This document shows positions 1 through 12,145 of a DNA stretch of 64,000 nt, piece after piece. How positions within the stretch are numbered: position 1 is the first letter of the stretch; each line of letters begins with the position of its first letter. The position numbers were made by a program, and so were the translations under genes. Source of the stretch: Phoronis australis (Eukaryota > Animalia > Phoronida); contig NMRA01000002.1 of NCBI GenBank assembly GCA_002633005.1, positions 2,326,655-2,390,654 on the forward strand, read 5' to 3'. The notes beneath the pieces are model-generated. The model was not told the DNA's origin. It saw only the letters and a program-made list of their open reading frames with translations, and did no database searches.

Positions 1-1057
1 ATCTCACAAGTCTTCGCGACTCTTCGCGCCTTATTACCAGCAAAACAAGGGATAGCTTTTCTCGAGAGTGCCTTGCACCTGCGGATACCTGCGTGTATTT
101 ATAAACTGTTCATGTTCCCTTAGAGCAGTTCCTATGCAGCATACATGTACATGTATATGTAATTACGGATTGTGTACATGAGGCTGGAGAGGTGTAGAGT
201 TACAGTCAGTTAGAAAGCAATAAAAGATCTCCGGTGGTTATCGACTTTTTGTATGTACTAGTTCGCAATGAAAATAATGAAATTCCTATTTACATGTACA
301 GAGTATCACAACTTGAGATGTTAACACAAAGTACACTGAAACACGAATGTCAGAGAATGATTTTTTCTGAATTAGTATTATGTTTTGTATCAATAATAAT
401 ACTAGGGTTTCCTTTCCAAGGCATAGCACTGAAAAATGTCACAGTTGACCTAATCACACCGAAACGACCAGTGGACAAAAATCTTCATGCGTTGCACAAC
501 TAAATGTATTCCAGCCTTCGCATAATGACCCGCATATGATTTGCTTTTTAATGAATGACAGTGGATAGAATACAGCTACAATAGCAGAAAACATGGAAGT
601 TGTTCTCAACCTTGGCATATCCATCTTGTTGAAATATGGTTGATACCCACTTTGCAGTTGCACAGCTGGCTTCGTTTTTGTTAAAACTCAGGTTTCTTTT
701 TGCGATTAGCGTCAGCTGTGGCTAGTTTTCATACTTCGGACGGCAAAAATTGGAATTTCCCAAAATAAAATAATTCCCCAGTAAAACTATATCCTGATAC
801 TCTTATTTGAAAATATCTTTGTTCACATTTTTAGGGTCACCCAGTACACATTTACATGTACCTTTGATAAAACTTACTTTGATGAGACACACAATAAACT
901 CGATTCTTTCTCAAAATAGGTTTATTAGGGTTGCGTGCGGTATGCTATAGAACGACCAACCTCTCAGTAATGCATGATAATAGGAGATCGTAAACATTGT
1001 ACCGGCTTTGCACGCTACATATGGCGAAGCGTCGACCTCAGTCTAGGACTTTTTTAC

Positions 1058-1226
1058 CTGTATGTAGGAAGCCAGGTAGTTATTGGCACCTTTCTTTTCA
1101 GATTCTCTACGGAACAGGCTTCTTTAGACCATGTGACTGCACTCTTTGCCACGGCACGTGCTCTCTTATTCAATACTTCTCGCCTTCTTTGAAAACGGGG
1201 CACATCATTTCCAGTTATCTCTATAG
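1058..1226 (-). CDS. SLC26A11: SLC26-family sulfate/anion transporter, N-terminal coding exon (SLC26A11-like); downstream exons lie beyond the left edge
   Basis: Minus-strand exon bounded by ttactttgcag| and |gtaaaa, 169 nt, phase 1 to phase 2. It ends ...EACSVENLKRKVPITTWLPTYR, matching the SLC26 pre-TM1 motif (human SLC26A11 CSPAALQRRLPILAWLPSYS). It is divergent to SGSH, as in human. The subfamily call rests on this short motif plus synteny. Confidence 0.7.
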
Positions 1227-2139
1227 CTGCAAAGTAAGTTAACATATGAACTATCTTGAGTCGGTCATTATATACATGGCTGCAACTATACACTGCTTCG
1301 ACTAGTGTGGACCCACTCCGATAGCCATAAGTTGCCGGAAATATGTTGAGAAATAGCACCCATAAAAACGACGTGACTCCTACGTTGTACAGGTGTATGC
1401 ACTGGCCATTTCAAATGACGGTCAACTGAGAGATAACGAAATAATAACTCATTACAATAAATTTCTTCATTGCACAAAACCTTCAAGTACTAAAGTGGGT
1501 CTTAGTGTATATGTTGGCAGTTTCATGCACGACCGGAGTTAGTGTAGAATTAAAGAATTGTGTTAGCTGTTTTGGAAAAACTTAAGTTTGCATTTAAAAC
1601 ATTTTAAATAAAACTGCATATTGCATGATTTCAAAAGGTTCATCGTTGTACACACATGGTAAAATGCAGTATCACCTCTTATTCTTTGGAGTTTATCTCA
1701 GATTAAGTGTAACCGCCAGGCGCGCTTCATCATCATACGAAATCATTGCAAACTAGTCGAATTTACGTTTACGCACTCTAAGCGATGTATTTTAAATGTT
1801 CCTTTGAAGAACAAAATGTTGACCAGCACGATACAAACTTCAAACCATTGCTAAGTCCAATATTTAGAACTGAGATAAACTTAGATATAGCAAAAAAATT
1901 AAAGGACGGTTGTATCTTAGAAAACGCATATTTAAGGTTTTGAAAAAAGGACTTCGAATCGCAGGAATAGGGTAGACGAGTAAGAAACTAACATGAGAAT
2001 GTAGAGACGAATGGGAATTGGCCCCCTCAAGCTTTAAAACATTTCTGCGTGGATTTTTATATTTGATATTTTCATTTTCAATATCTAAGTGTATACGCAA
2101 TCGAACGATACAACGCGATACCAAAAAGTGACACTGTAC

Positions 2140-2152
2140 CTTGCTTCGTCAT
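2140..2152 (-). CDS. Candidate initiator micro-exon of the SLC26A11-like gene (ATG ACG AAG CAA G, MTKQ-)
   Basis: Minus strand reads gttgcag|aaaaaATGACGAAGCAAG|gtacag. The phase-1 donor is compatible with the 1226 acceptor, giving MTKQAIEITGND... No homology support. Confidence 0.35.
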
Positions 2153-2558
2153 TTTTTCTGCAACCTTCACATTTACACACAAGAAGTGTTCTTAATATCG
2201 TCAATTTGAAAGTATCCGCAACTACAGCCGTTTAAGGTTGCACATTATTTTATGTCCGCGTATTACCGAAGTTTCCTGAAAACGTGCCCATCTTTAGATA
2301 TGCCTATACAGTTTGAGAAATATGCATAATTACATCCTAAAACTTTCCCAGTTTCTTAAGACACGGGCACCAACATCGTTACTAAAGTGAAATTTCAACA
2401 ACTGATAGACTACCTGTGGGGACAGCCATACAGATCTTGTACATGTATACTTACTCTCTTAGTCTATAGGTCTCAATTTGCGCGATTGCACACCTCGGGC
2501 TTATCCTGCAAAAACTCCAGAATGGTAAATGGTAAGGTGACTGACACCGTGTGTACTC

Positions 2559-2606
2559 GAGAGAGAGAGAGAGGGAGGGAGGGANNNNNNNNNNNNNNNN
2601 NNNNNN

Positions 2607-2655
<49 letters not shown>
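2559..2655. repeat. (GA)n microsatellite interrupted by an N gap
   Basis: Direct GA runs on both sides of an N stretch. Confidence 0.95.
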
Positions 2656-4092
2656 AAGTTTGTACAAAAAATCTATATCCAATCTGCATGACATAGGAAG
2701 TATGCATTTTTAATTGATTCCTCCTGCCTTAATCTTTCAAGATTGACGCAGATGATGCATTAGCAGGAGACACAACGGGGATTGGAGGAAATCATCCAAA
2801 CAGCTAGGGCCTTTAGCATCCTTTTAAACATGCGCGCTACATATCTGTGCAAAGTAAGAAAATTATTGTGTTGCTAACTGCATACGTACCTCATACGCAC
2901 CTCACGTGCAAGAGATGCGCTTGATTCAGTTGTTTATGCTGCAGATGCGTGTAGCCCGTGAGTCAAATTAAGTTAGGAATTGGAATACATGTTGTATCCT
3001 AGGTAAAGCGAAAAATTGAACCGCTTTGATTGCAGGTTGCGATAATTTCCATTAACCCTGTTACTCGTAAGTAATTCTCAGTACTGCTTTGAAAACAATA
3101 AACTCCGAATCATTCGCAGTGGGAAATGCTCATGTGAAGTTGCGCGTATATACAAAATAGGAACACGCGCCTAGAAGTGAAACGAGTAAAACGTGCAAAT
3201 ATCTAAAAATGTGTTTCAAACTGGCTGTATTCAAAACAAGAGTTGTTCGTTTGCACCCCTTCCGTCTTCCGTCCGTCACAGTAGGACGTGTTCGAACGAG
3301 CACTACCTTTATGCGACATGTCCCTAAGCTTTCCGTCGTGTACAAGTACCTAGGATTTCTCGCCACCATATCACGGAATGTTTCAGTCCGCGCCTTACAC
3401 GTGCGGGACCTGTGCGCGTCTAGTTAATATTTTAGTGGAAATGAGGAAACACCAAATTTTATGCGGGGAAAGAAAGCAGTTTAAATGGGGTTTCAAAATA
3501 TTCAGTGAAAAGGTCAAATTTTCATACGAGATGTAAGCGTCACGTTTCTCAGCATGTTCATCGTGGCTCAGTCAGCGTGACGTACCTGGGCAGCTGAAGT
3601 TAAACTATGTCATCACCGTGACCGCAGCTTCCATCACTCATCAAGTTAGGCCAGGGGTGGCTGGCACATTAAATGTTTCACAATTGATGACATGACCCTG
3701 ACTTTACTTGAAGTCAGTGAGAAAAATCGAGTATGTAACTCTTAAATCTTCATTAAAAACACATCCTTTTGAGCGGTCTTCAATTTAATATTAGCGATTG
3801 TATACTAAATAATAATAAAACACGACGCTGTTAAACTGAATAATGCAACCGTAAAGCTTCGATAGCAGCCTGGGCGTTTAGAGTCAGACGTACGTGCTGA
3901 CAAGTCCAGATCCGATTCGAGGGCGACTTCAATGGTGGACCCAGCGTTTATAGATTACGGGGCAGTCTCCATTAGTTACCCATTGACACCAATTTGAAAC
4001 AAATCTTGCCTTTGTTAGGAGTCCCTTCTTAACTACTCATGTTCCTTTAGTTTGGCACATGGAGTGTTAATTGTATCCCGGCAGAAGACCAG

Positions 4093-4521
4093 GGCCAGGT
4101 CTCTCATGAGTAATCTTGTAGCCTACTCGAAACGAACTCGAAACTATTTTTGGCAATTTCTCTGCTCCTTTTGTGCGAACTTGAGATAATTGGTTATGAG
4201 ACTGAGTGCTCGAATACATTATACATGTAGTTTATGCATAGGAGTTTCTAGTTCCGTTCAAGTTTGCCCTTGAAGACCCTTATATTTGTGCTACAAACTC
4301 GCGAGTAAAAACTCGAAATTTCGAGTTCAAACTCGAACTTATTGCTTTAATATTGGGTTTACAAACTGTGAACTAAGGGCAATAAATTATCTACGTAAGT
4401 TATTGTGTACCGTCGAGCATAGAATAATAGACACTTATCTTGAGTTCACCCAAAAGTAGAGTAGAAAATGCCAAACCTAATTTCGAGTTCCATTTCGAGT
4501 AAAAAGATTGGAGACCGGGCC
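4093..4521. mobile_element. PIF/Harbinger-like MITE, copy 1 (about 430 bp)
   Basis: TIRs GGCCaGGTCTC...GAGACCGGGCC with flanks CAG/CcG. Near-identical to 34304-34704. Confidence 0.8.
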
Positions 4522-5244
4522 CCGAGTACTAAAAATCTCATAGACGGCGGTGAGCCCGTTATGGTTTGTCTTTTATGATTGTAGCTCCTCTAATGATCAT
4601 TATCAATCTAGGGCAAACTTAGTTACACTGTTCCTCCATAATTAAATAATTAGGGATTGCAGTTTTCAAACACTGATATCAATGGCAGTATTGACTAGTT
4701 CCCGTTCAGTGTCCATGTTTCGCCATGACTTTGGTTGCTGCGGCCCCTTTAATCACTGATGTCAGGAAAACCTGACGGTTACAAGGCCCGATACGACAAC
4801 TTATGGGACAAACTCGATTAAACAACAAAAAAGAACCTTTTTAGTTATACACTGTAGGCGAACAATGTATAGTACTAGGTTTGGAGTTAGTAATCTGGAG
4901 TAGCCGAGCGGCACCGGTACTGAGCACTCTGCCTGTATGACTCAAAGTACCGCCCGGCTGTCCCGGCGACAGTGAGGCTTCATGCATAATGATGTCTTTT
5001 GATAAGTGACTGAAGTAAGATATCACTGTCGTTGCATATGTTTCATTGTGCTTATCACATCCCGCAGTACCGACTGCACTCGGGCCATTATACTCATCAT
5101 GTAATTTATCGGTGAGCCATATTCAGTCAGCATAGTGTGCTCTCGCAATTCTTGTTTCTGTAGCCTACTCAGTGTTTTTTATTTCAACAGAAAATCGCCT
5201 TTGGCTCGGTGATGTGTGTGCATGGAATTGAATTTTCCGACCTC

Positions 5245-5604
5245 ACCGGCTTTTCTGTGACAGCCGGAGTTTGATGGTAACCCCGACCGGGCCGGCCGGC
5301 GCCGGCCGGGGATTGCTCGCCGGGCGCCTGCCGAGTGCCTGCATGGCCGGGTGTCGAGCCGCTGAAGCGCATCAAATGTTTTGAGTCACGTAATCATATT
5401 TGACTGTCACAGTGTCGGACCATAGTTATATGTCGGACATTCGGCCAACTGCACTTGTTATTCGACCACAGATACCTATAGTCTTTGATCATTCGACCGA
5501 CCCCCGCCGGCCGCCGCCGGAGCGCCGGGTCAAAGCATCTACTTACTATTCAGTTTTGGCACTAGAGGGCACCTATTGTTGACAACAGATGGCGAAGTGG
5601 TGAA
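5245..5604. promoter_or_regulatory. GC/CpG-rich putative bidirectional promoter between the SLC26A11-like gene and SGSH
   Basis: Strong local GC/CpG spike (ccggccggcgccggccgggg, ccgccggccgccgccgg). A minus-strand donor gccg|gtgagg lies near 5245, a CTCF-like GGCACTAGAGGGCAC at about 5558-5572, and a YY1-like AGATGGCG at 5587-5594, just upstream of the SGSH ATG. Confidence 0.55.
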
Positions 5605-5701
5605 ATGGGCCTCGGCCTTGCTTTCATTGTATTGTCTTGTTCTGCATTAGGCCTACTTCCACCTCGTATCGCCGCACTGAGAAATGTTTTATTGATAGTT
5701 G
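5605..5701 (+). CDS. SGSH: N-sulphoglucosamine sulphohydrolase (sulfamidase), exon 1: signal peptide
   Basis: MGLGLAFIVLSCSALGLLPPRIAALRNVLLIV-: hydrophobic signal peptide followed by the sulfatase N-terminal strand (human RPRNALLLLADD). Donor G|gtaggt. Confidence 0.9.
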
Positions 5702-6784
5702 GTAGGTGTTTCACCGAGCCTGGCTTTGATTGGTTGCCGGTTGCCTTCCTTGGTTTGACTCAGCTCTTACAACAGTGACTAACACTAACTATAGGGGGTC
5801 AACTCAAATCCACTTCCGTCTTTCTGTCTCTTCAAGTTCTATTCAGTTCAATACAATAGCAATGAACTTTCTGCATGTCTTGGCCAGCCAGCTAGCTGTA
5901 TGTGAAAGGTGGGAGACACTAGACAGAGTAATACACTGACTCCAGACTTATTGTGTTACCATCGAACGGGACTCATAAAACCGTCTTTCCCTAGCCCCTG
6001 ATCGAGTGACCCCTGTTCCCCTCGGCCTCGGCTCTGGCTCTGCCTTTGGCACTGGGGTCTGGACGTCATAGTACATCAGCTCAGTGGTATGGCAAGCAGC
6101 TCCACAAGCATCTACATCCTAACTTATATTCATGTTATTGTATGTCAGTAGATAGTACCACTGTCTCAGCGGACTAGTTGAGACGGCAGTACTTGCCGGA
6201 AGCTCTTCAGCAAATTCCGTGTATAACTGGCTCTAGTTAGTCAGGTATCTGTATGCAGAATGACTGGCATAGGCTACTAAAAGTCATTTACTTTGACACC
6301 CGGGCCTGACCTTGCTAGGTCTTCGATATCTTTAAATCCAATCCAAGTCAAACATTGCCTGAAAGTTGTTCTTTTGATTGTGAACCCGGTCATGTAATTC
6401 TCAGGTGCTAATTTATTTCTAGTGCACGAATCCTTAATTCACTCAATTTAGACAAAAATAATTGCTAATTATCAAATAATCATTTTTATATTTTTAAAGG
6501 ATAATTGGTTTGGTGCAAACAAGGGACACTTTACCAAATGTTGTTTCACAACATATACATACTGGTAATAGACTAAAATCTTGTTAATCTTTTTATAGGG
6601 AGAAGTTTTACAAAATAGAATCTTGCTTGTCGGCCAAAGAGTGCTATATGAAGAACCAATTGATCCCTCTTTCAACTCCCATCAACTGAAATGAGTCCAA
6701 TCTGTTAGCCTCAAAACTCAACTCTGAATAGTTTTGGCACTTTTAACTAAAGTCATCGAGTGCATTTCTTCTATTGTGTTCCAG

Positions 6785-6917
6785 CTGATGATGCAGGCTT
6801 CGAAACATCTGTGTACAATAACCCAGTATGTAAGACTGCCCACTTGGATCAGTTGGCAGCCAGGAGTTTAACATTCAATCATGCGTTCACTTCCGTGAGC
6901 AGCTGCTCACCAAGCAG
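6785..6917 (+). CDS. SGSH: SGSH exon 2 (metal-binding DD and catalytic CSPSR motif)
   Basis: ccag|..[45 protein letters not shown]|gtaggt. Contains the CxPxR formylglycine motif. Confidence 0.97.
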
Positions 6918-7214
6918 GTAGGTGTAGGAACACGAGGTCATAGGTCAGCTGCAAGGTCAATCACACCCTATTTTGGCTAAACCTTTGGTATTATTATAAT
7001 TCTTTTGTTTCCACAGGGCCTTAATATATAATCATCAGTTAGTGTTGCGGCGACTCATCTACATGTATATTTCTTCAGGTCTCAATCTGTAACAGAACTG
7101 TTCTGCAATGACCTGGTTCCTATAAGAAATTGTCATTCACAAGCTTAAAGAGAGTAGAAAAGAACCATGACATTGCCTTGTTTTTATTGTATAGCTTTAG
7201 AATCGTTCTTTCAG

Positions 7215-7348
7215 GTCGGCCATACTGACGGGCCTGCCCCAACATCAGAATGGAATGTATGGTCTCCACCACGACCTGCATCATTTTAACTCATTCGATG
7301 GCGTACGCAGTATCCCATGGATACTACAACAGCATAAGATCAGAACTG
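7215..7348 (+). CDS. SGSH: SGSH exon 3
   Basis: tcag|..[45 protein letters not shown]|gtgagt. Matches human [26 protein letters not shown]. Confidence 0.97.
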
Positions 7349-10300
7349 GTGAGTGTCCAAGCACTTCTCTCTGCACACCCAGTGTCTTTGGTCACCATTA
7401 AATGGCCTAATGAATGTAATCTGATGGCTCTTGCCCACTTTCAGTTAGGGGGATTTTTTTGCAACGAGGGGCCTATTCAACCAGTAGCCCCCACCTCCCC
7501 GCACCTAGTCACTACAAATTCCAACCTTCTCATCCTGCACGCCTGAATGAGCTGAGATGATTTCAATGAGCTGCAGTAGTATAATACATAATGCTAAATT
7601 CACTGAGCTTAGACAATTCTTTCTGGCAAGACTACCAGTAATTAAGCTTAAATATGCTACCTTAATTCAACAGGTATGGGGGTACATTTATTCCGATGAC
7701 CAGTCAGTCACAGAATGAATTTTGCTGTGGTGATGGAATTCACATTGATGATAATGAACTTGAATTTTAGGTATGTTGCTGGCCAGGTTGTACAAACATT
7801 TACTGCTGTGGTTTCTGAGAGGCAAAGTTTTTCGAGCTTGGAATTCAATGCTGGTGTGCTGGCTAAACATTGCAACTGCTGTCTCTTTGTTGCCCCAACC
7901 TTTATTTTATAGTCTGCCTGAGCAACACAGTGGGTTGACTTGACCACAGCTTATCAGACCCTAATGGATGTAGTGAAACTTGCGTGACAGCAAATGTCAT
8001 GTGTTCAGAAAATTTACCGATCTCAAGCCTTGGTCCTTGAGAGCAGAACTGGGATCTAGTTTCTAGAGCCCCAATTCGCAAGGGTTTGGCAAAACCTAGT
8101 CTCGAAAACACAAATTTACTGATCATAGCTCCCCCTATGGGTTACTTAATCTGCTATAATTGGAAGAAGAGAGATGTTGATGAAGACTGGACTCATCGAG
8201 CTACAGTTCATAATTATGTTGTCATTACTCTGAATGCGTAGCCATTGGCCAAATGGGGAACAAGTTACAACTAGGTGGATGGAATTACTTGTTGTCGCTA
8301 TTGAGACTGTAGAGGGTAGCACACTTAAAACAACAAATCATGAAATTCTGTTTTAGTTCAGTAATACTATCAAAAATCAAAATAGTTGTTAAATTGATGA
8401 ATGAGATAAGTACACATTAGATAAGTTTATTCAGCCATTTGGAATTATCACAGATTATTTTGGTGTTTTAAAGTGGAACTTGCAGGCTAATTCCTCTCCC
8501 GGTAGATTGCTTGGCCAAATTACGTAGTTAAAAACGCATCATATAATGACGATGTGAATATGAAGTAGGTTGAAAATTGCCATTTGTTTTTAAGAATAAG
8601 TTTTGTGACAAAAATGATCCACCTCAAATCACTGAACTGTGGCCAGTAAGTATCGTGACGTTGTGCTTGGGAATAACACTGTATGATGCGGGCTATGTGA
8701 ACCCGCGGGGTCTGTCATTAGTGCGACGGTCACCTATTTGCAAATCTTTTTGTTGTGACATGTGCTAGTTGTCAGTGAATACAACTCCTTTTTGTTTAGC
8801 ATATGCTAAACTAGCATTGTCGTTTAGTTCCTTCTATACATTAGCATAGTTAGCATGCAAATAAGAGTTTTGAGACTGCGTATTTGTGCTACTAGTCCTA
8901 ACCTTGTGTTGTTTATGAAAATTTTGAGTTTAAGTAAATATGAGTATCTCCTGACTGCCTTCTAGTTTCAGCAGTCATAATCATTATGTAAAACAATATT
9001 AATGACTATTACCAGCCGTCCACCATATGAAATCGAAGGTTGTATTTCTGGAATCTAGCTCACGCTCACAGGCTCCAGCTCTCAAAAATATAATATGGAC
9101 TAAAAACAGCCGTTCTTTCGCATTTGATTTAGCATACATGAACATTTTGGTACATCCAGGTTGAAACAATGTAGAAGGAAGTATTTTCTTCTAATGAGAT
9201 TTAGCAACTGTCAGTTAATTGGTTCTACCTGGATATTTTTTAAAGCAATGGGATTCACATCAGCTGCCTATGGATGGCAGTGTAAAAAAAAAACTGGGGT
9301 GGCGTGAATTGAAATTTCCAAGTGCCACTTGTGAGCTGGCCAAAATCTCACCTGGCATTCCTAAATTTCAGATGTCAAATGGAACATTCAGGTTGTTTGT
9401 TCGACTGCTGGTTAGTGTCTGTCATTAATACATTTTTGAGTGTACTAAGTACACCAGTTATTATTGGCTTTCTGAGAAACATGATCTTAATCATCTCCGA
9501 CCGAAGCGGTCATTGACTTCCTCTGTCATTATCACTTTAAAGAAGAGTTGGTCACGTTCTTACTCATTAGGGTATAATAAAACAGTAAGAATAATTAGTC
9601 AGACAAACATTAACCTTAGGATTTCATTTCTGTTACCAACGTGAACTTAAAAACCACCAGCAACTCGAAAAGATTGCATCCATCTTGAATTGGTAACATA
9701 AATGGAAGCTTATTACGGTAGGAATATTCTGGGACAGATTTGATGAGAGTAAAACACCAAATTTGGTTTTCATTTTAATGTGCCCACATATTTATAAGTG
9801 GGTGCATGTTGCCCTCATCCCTTTCTGGGCGTCCAGCGTCCGTGGCTCTATCTCATGAACCGGGCCTCGTAGGATCTTAATGAGATTTGACAGACGTGCT
9901 CCTGTATAAGCTGACGATAGACGGCCACAAGTTTTGGACCAATTCCACTACCCCCCTAGAGGCAATTTTAGTTTTTTACGTATGCCTCTCTATCTTTAAA
10001 GTTCCTAGATGGATTTGCATTAAATTTTAGCAAATAGGGACGATGATGCTTTTCCGATCTTCAGATGGATTTAACGTATTCTGCCCACTTGGTGGCAATT
10101 TAAAAATAAAAAAAATTGAGTACATTTTTGTAATTGGAATATTCTGCAATTTTAGTAACAGGCACCGCCTCTTATGGCGTATTGCACCAATAACACTGGT
10201 CTGCCATCGTTTTCAGAAAGTCACATGTGAGGAATTTAAAGAGACATTCCATGGCACTTTTGGTTTTATAATATTCCAATTACCGTACTACATACTTTTA

Positions 10301-12029
10301 CTTACTCTTTTACCTTTATAATTTCACAGTTCTGCATGAAGCAGTTTATAATCTATGATTAAAATGTTTTGATGTCACCAATTTTGTGCAAGTCCCGAAA
10401 ATAAAATGAAATTTTAAATGCAAATTAATTAGCGCAAGTCAACCACCATTACGAAAATAAAGCAAAAAATGTGATATAATTGTGTTGACTATGTATGCCA
10501 TTTGTTGATAATTTGGTTATCAGTGACCAAAGTGCTCGAAACATTATCTATTGATAATTAGTCATCATATTTAAGTGTTTTGAAACAGTCAACTGTTTTG
10601 TAAAACAATTTTTCATTAACTGCAGCTAAATGCAAAAATTTCTCTTAAAATTCATGACACCTTTTTGCTTTGAAAAACGTATGTCACAAAATGTAGTGTT
10701 TGTGCCATGTACCATTTGTATTGTAACATGGTACAACTGAAAAAATCTCACATGGAACATTCAAATGTCACATGTGAGGATGCAATACTCCGTGTGAGAA
10801 ATACTATTTGTCACATGGAACGTGAGGTTTTGAACAGTAATTACAGCTAATTAAACACTCATTTTGCCAAATGAAATGAAATGACAACTACAAAAGCTAT
10901 CTATTGCACCCACTTTCAATTAAATTGAGTGAAAACATTTTTTGAGACTGAAAATCTCATATTATTTTGGAATGCGTTAATATTTGCTAGTGACGCTGCT
11001 GCTCAAATGAGACAACATAAAAATCCATGCATTTTGTTGTAATTAAATCAGATTAATTTAGCAGCAGTGACCCTTCCTGTAGAGAAGACTTGTTGACTAC
11101 ACAGCGTTGTTCACGATCAATAATTTTCAACGATATTTGCTCGACCTATCTGTACCTTTGACAGTCGTTCACAGCATAACAACAAAACAGATAACTGCTA
11201 GACATAAGAAAACTAATTATTAAAACAAGGTATATGATCAAGTCTGTATCAATGAGATATCAATAACCATATCACTTTAGAAGCAACCCTTGGTAATTAA
11301 TCTATGAGATGTATGAAAAAATACATACAGTACATTAAGAATTCTTCTATTTGGACAGTCTATGAAAAATAAGTTATTCTGCTCAAGGTTGGAGCTTGTC
11401 TCAAATTCTTGAAATACCCACTCAAATATTGGCTGTCCCAAATTCAAGAATAGCTGGAAAAATGGCAAAATAACCCACTCTGTAGATTGAAAACACAGTG
11501 TCCGAAGTTTGAGAAATATGTATTGGTGAATGCCATAATCGCCTCTGTCCCAGTTTCCAGAATCAAGTAAATTCAAGTTTCCTTGAGTTTCCATGTCCCA
11601 AATTCTAGAGATTGTTGGAGAATTTTTACAGTACACTGTATGTGCTGCTTCCATGGAGTCCATGACATTTTACAATTTATTTGACTGACAAAGTGTTGAT
11701 CTCTAAATAGCTTTAATGATTGTGTACTTGTCTTCAGTCCATCATGGTTACTTACAGAACCTTCTAGAAAGTACATTGTTCATGGTCTCTCGTCAACATT
11801 GGGAATAAATAGAGGATAACTTACTAAAAGACAAACATCTGCCATCCGAGTTGTGAAGTGGGGCCATGTCCTAATCTTCATTATAGATTATTTAAACCAG
11901 TGAACATGCCAATTCTGTTTTTAAAAAAATAATTGCTGATAGACGTTGTACCAGATGTGCGCAGGCCATGCATATGGGCCCATTGCGCTGATCACCTGAA
12001 GCCATTTTATGCTTTATTAATATATGGTT

Positions 12030-12145
12030 GAAACTGAGATAAGGAGCTAGAAAGCTGGCTCAAAGGTTTAGCAGTGTAACTCAGTGGGACTTGAACCCAC
12101 GACGTCGAGTAAAGCGGGCACCCATCACACTAGCCCACTCTGGCT
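12030..12145 (-). mobile_element. tRNA-derived SINE head (diverged)
   Basis: Minus-strand B-box GTGGGTTCAAGTCCC. Downstream aactgagataaggagctaga resembles aactgagctgaggaactaga in the copies at about 42550 and 44355. Confidence 0.5.

Noticed and set aside
234-663. Short ORFs as further SLC26 exons
   Set aside because: No DxxAGxxVG or PQxxAY motif in the frames inspected. The next exon is probably off-window.
12070-12145. tRNA gene
   Set aside because: Only a B-box is present, with no acceptor stem or cloverleaf. It shares downstream sequence with the SINE-like copies.
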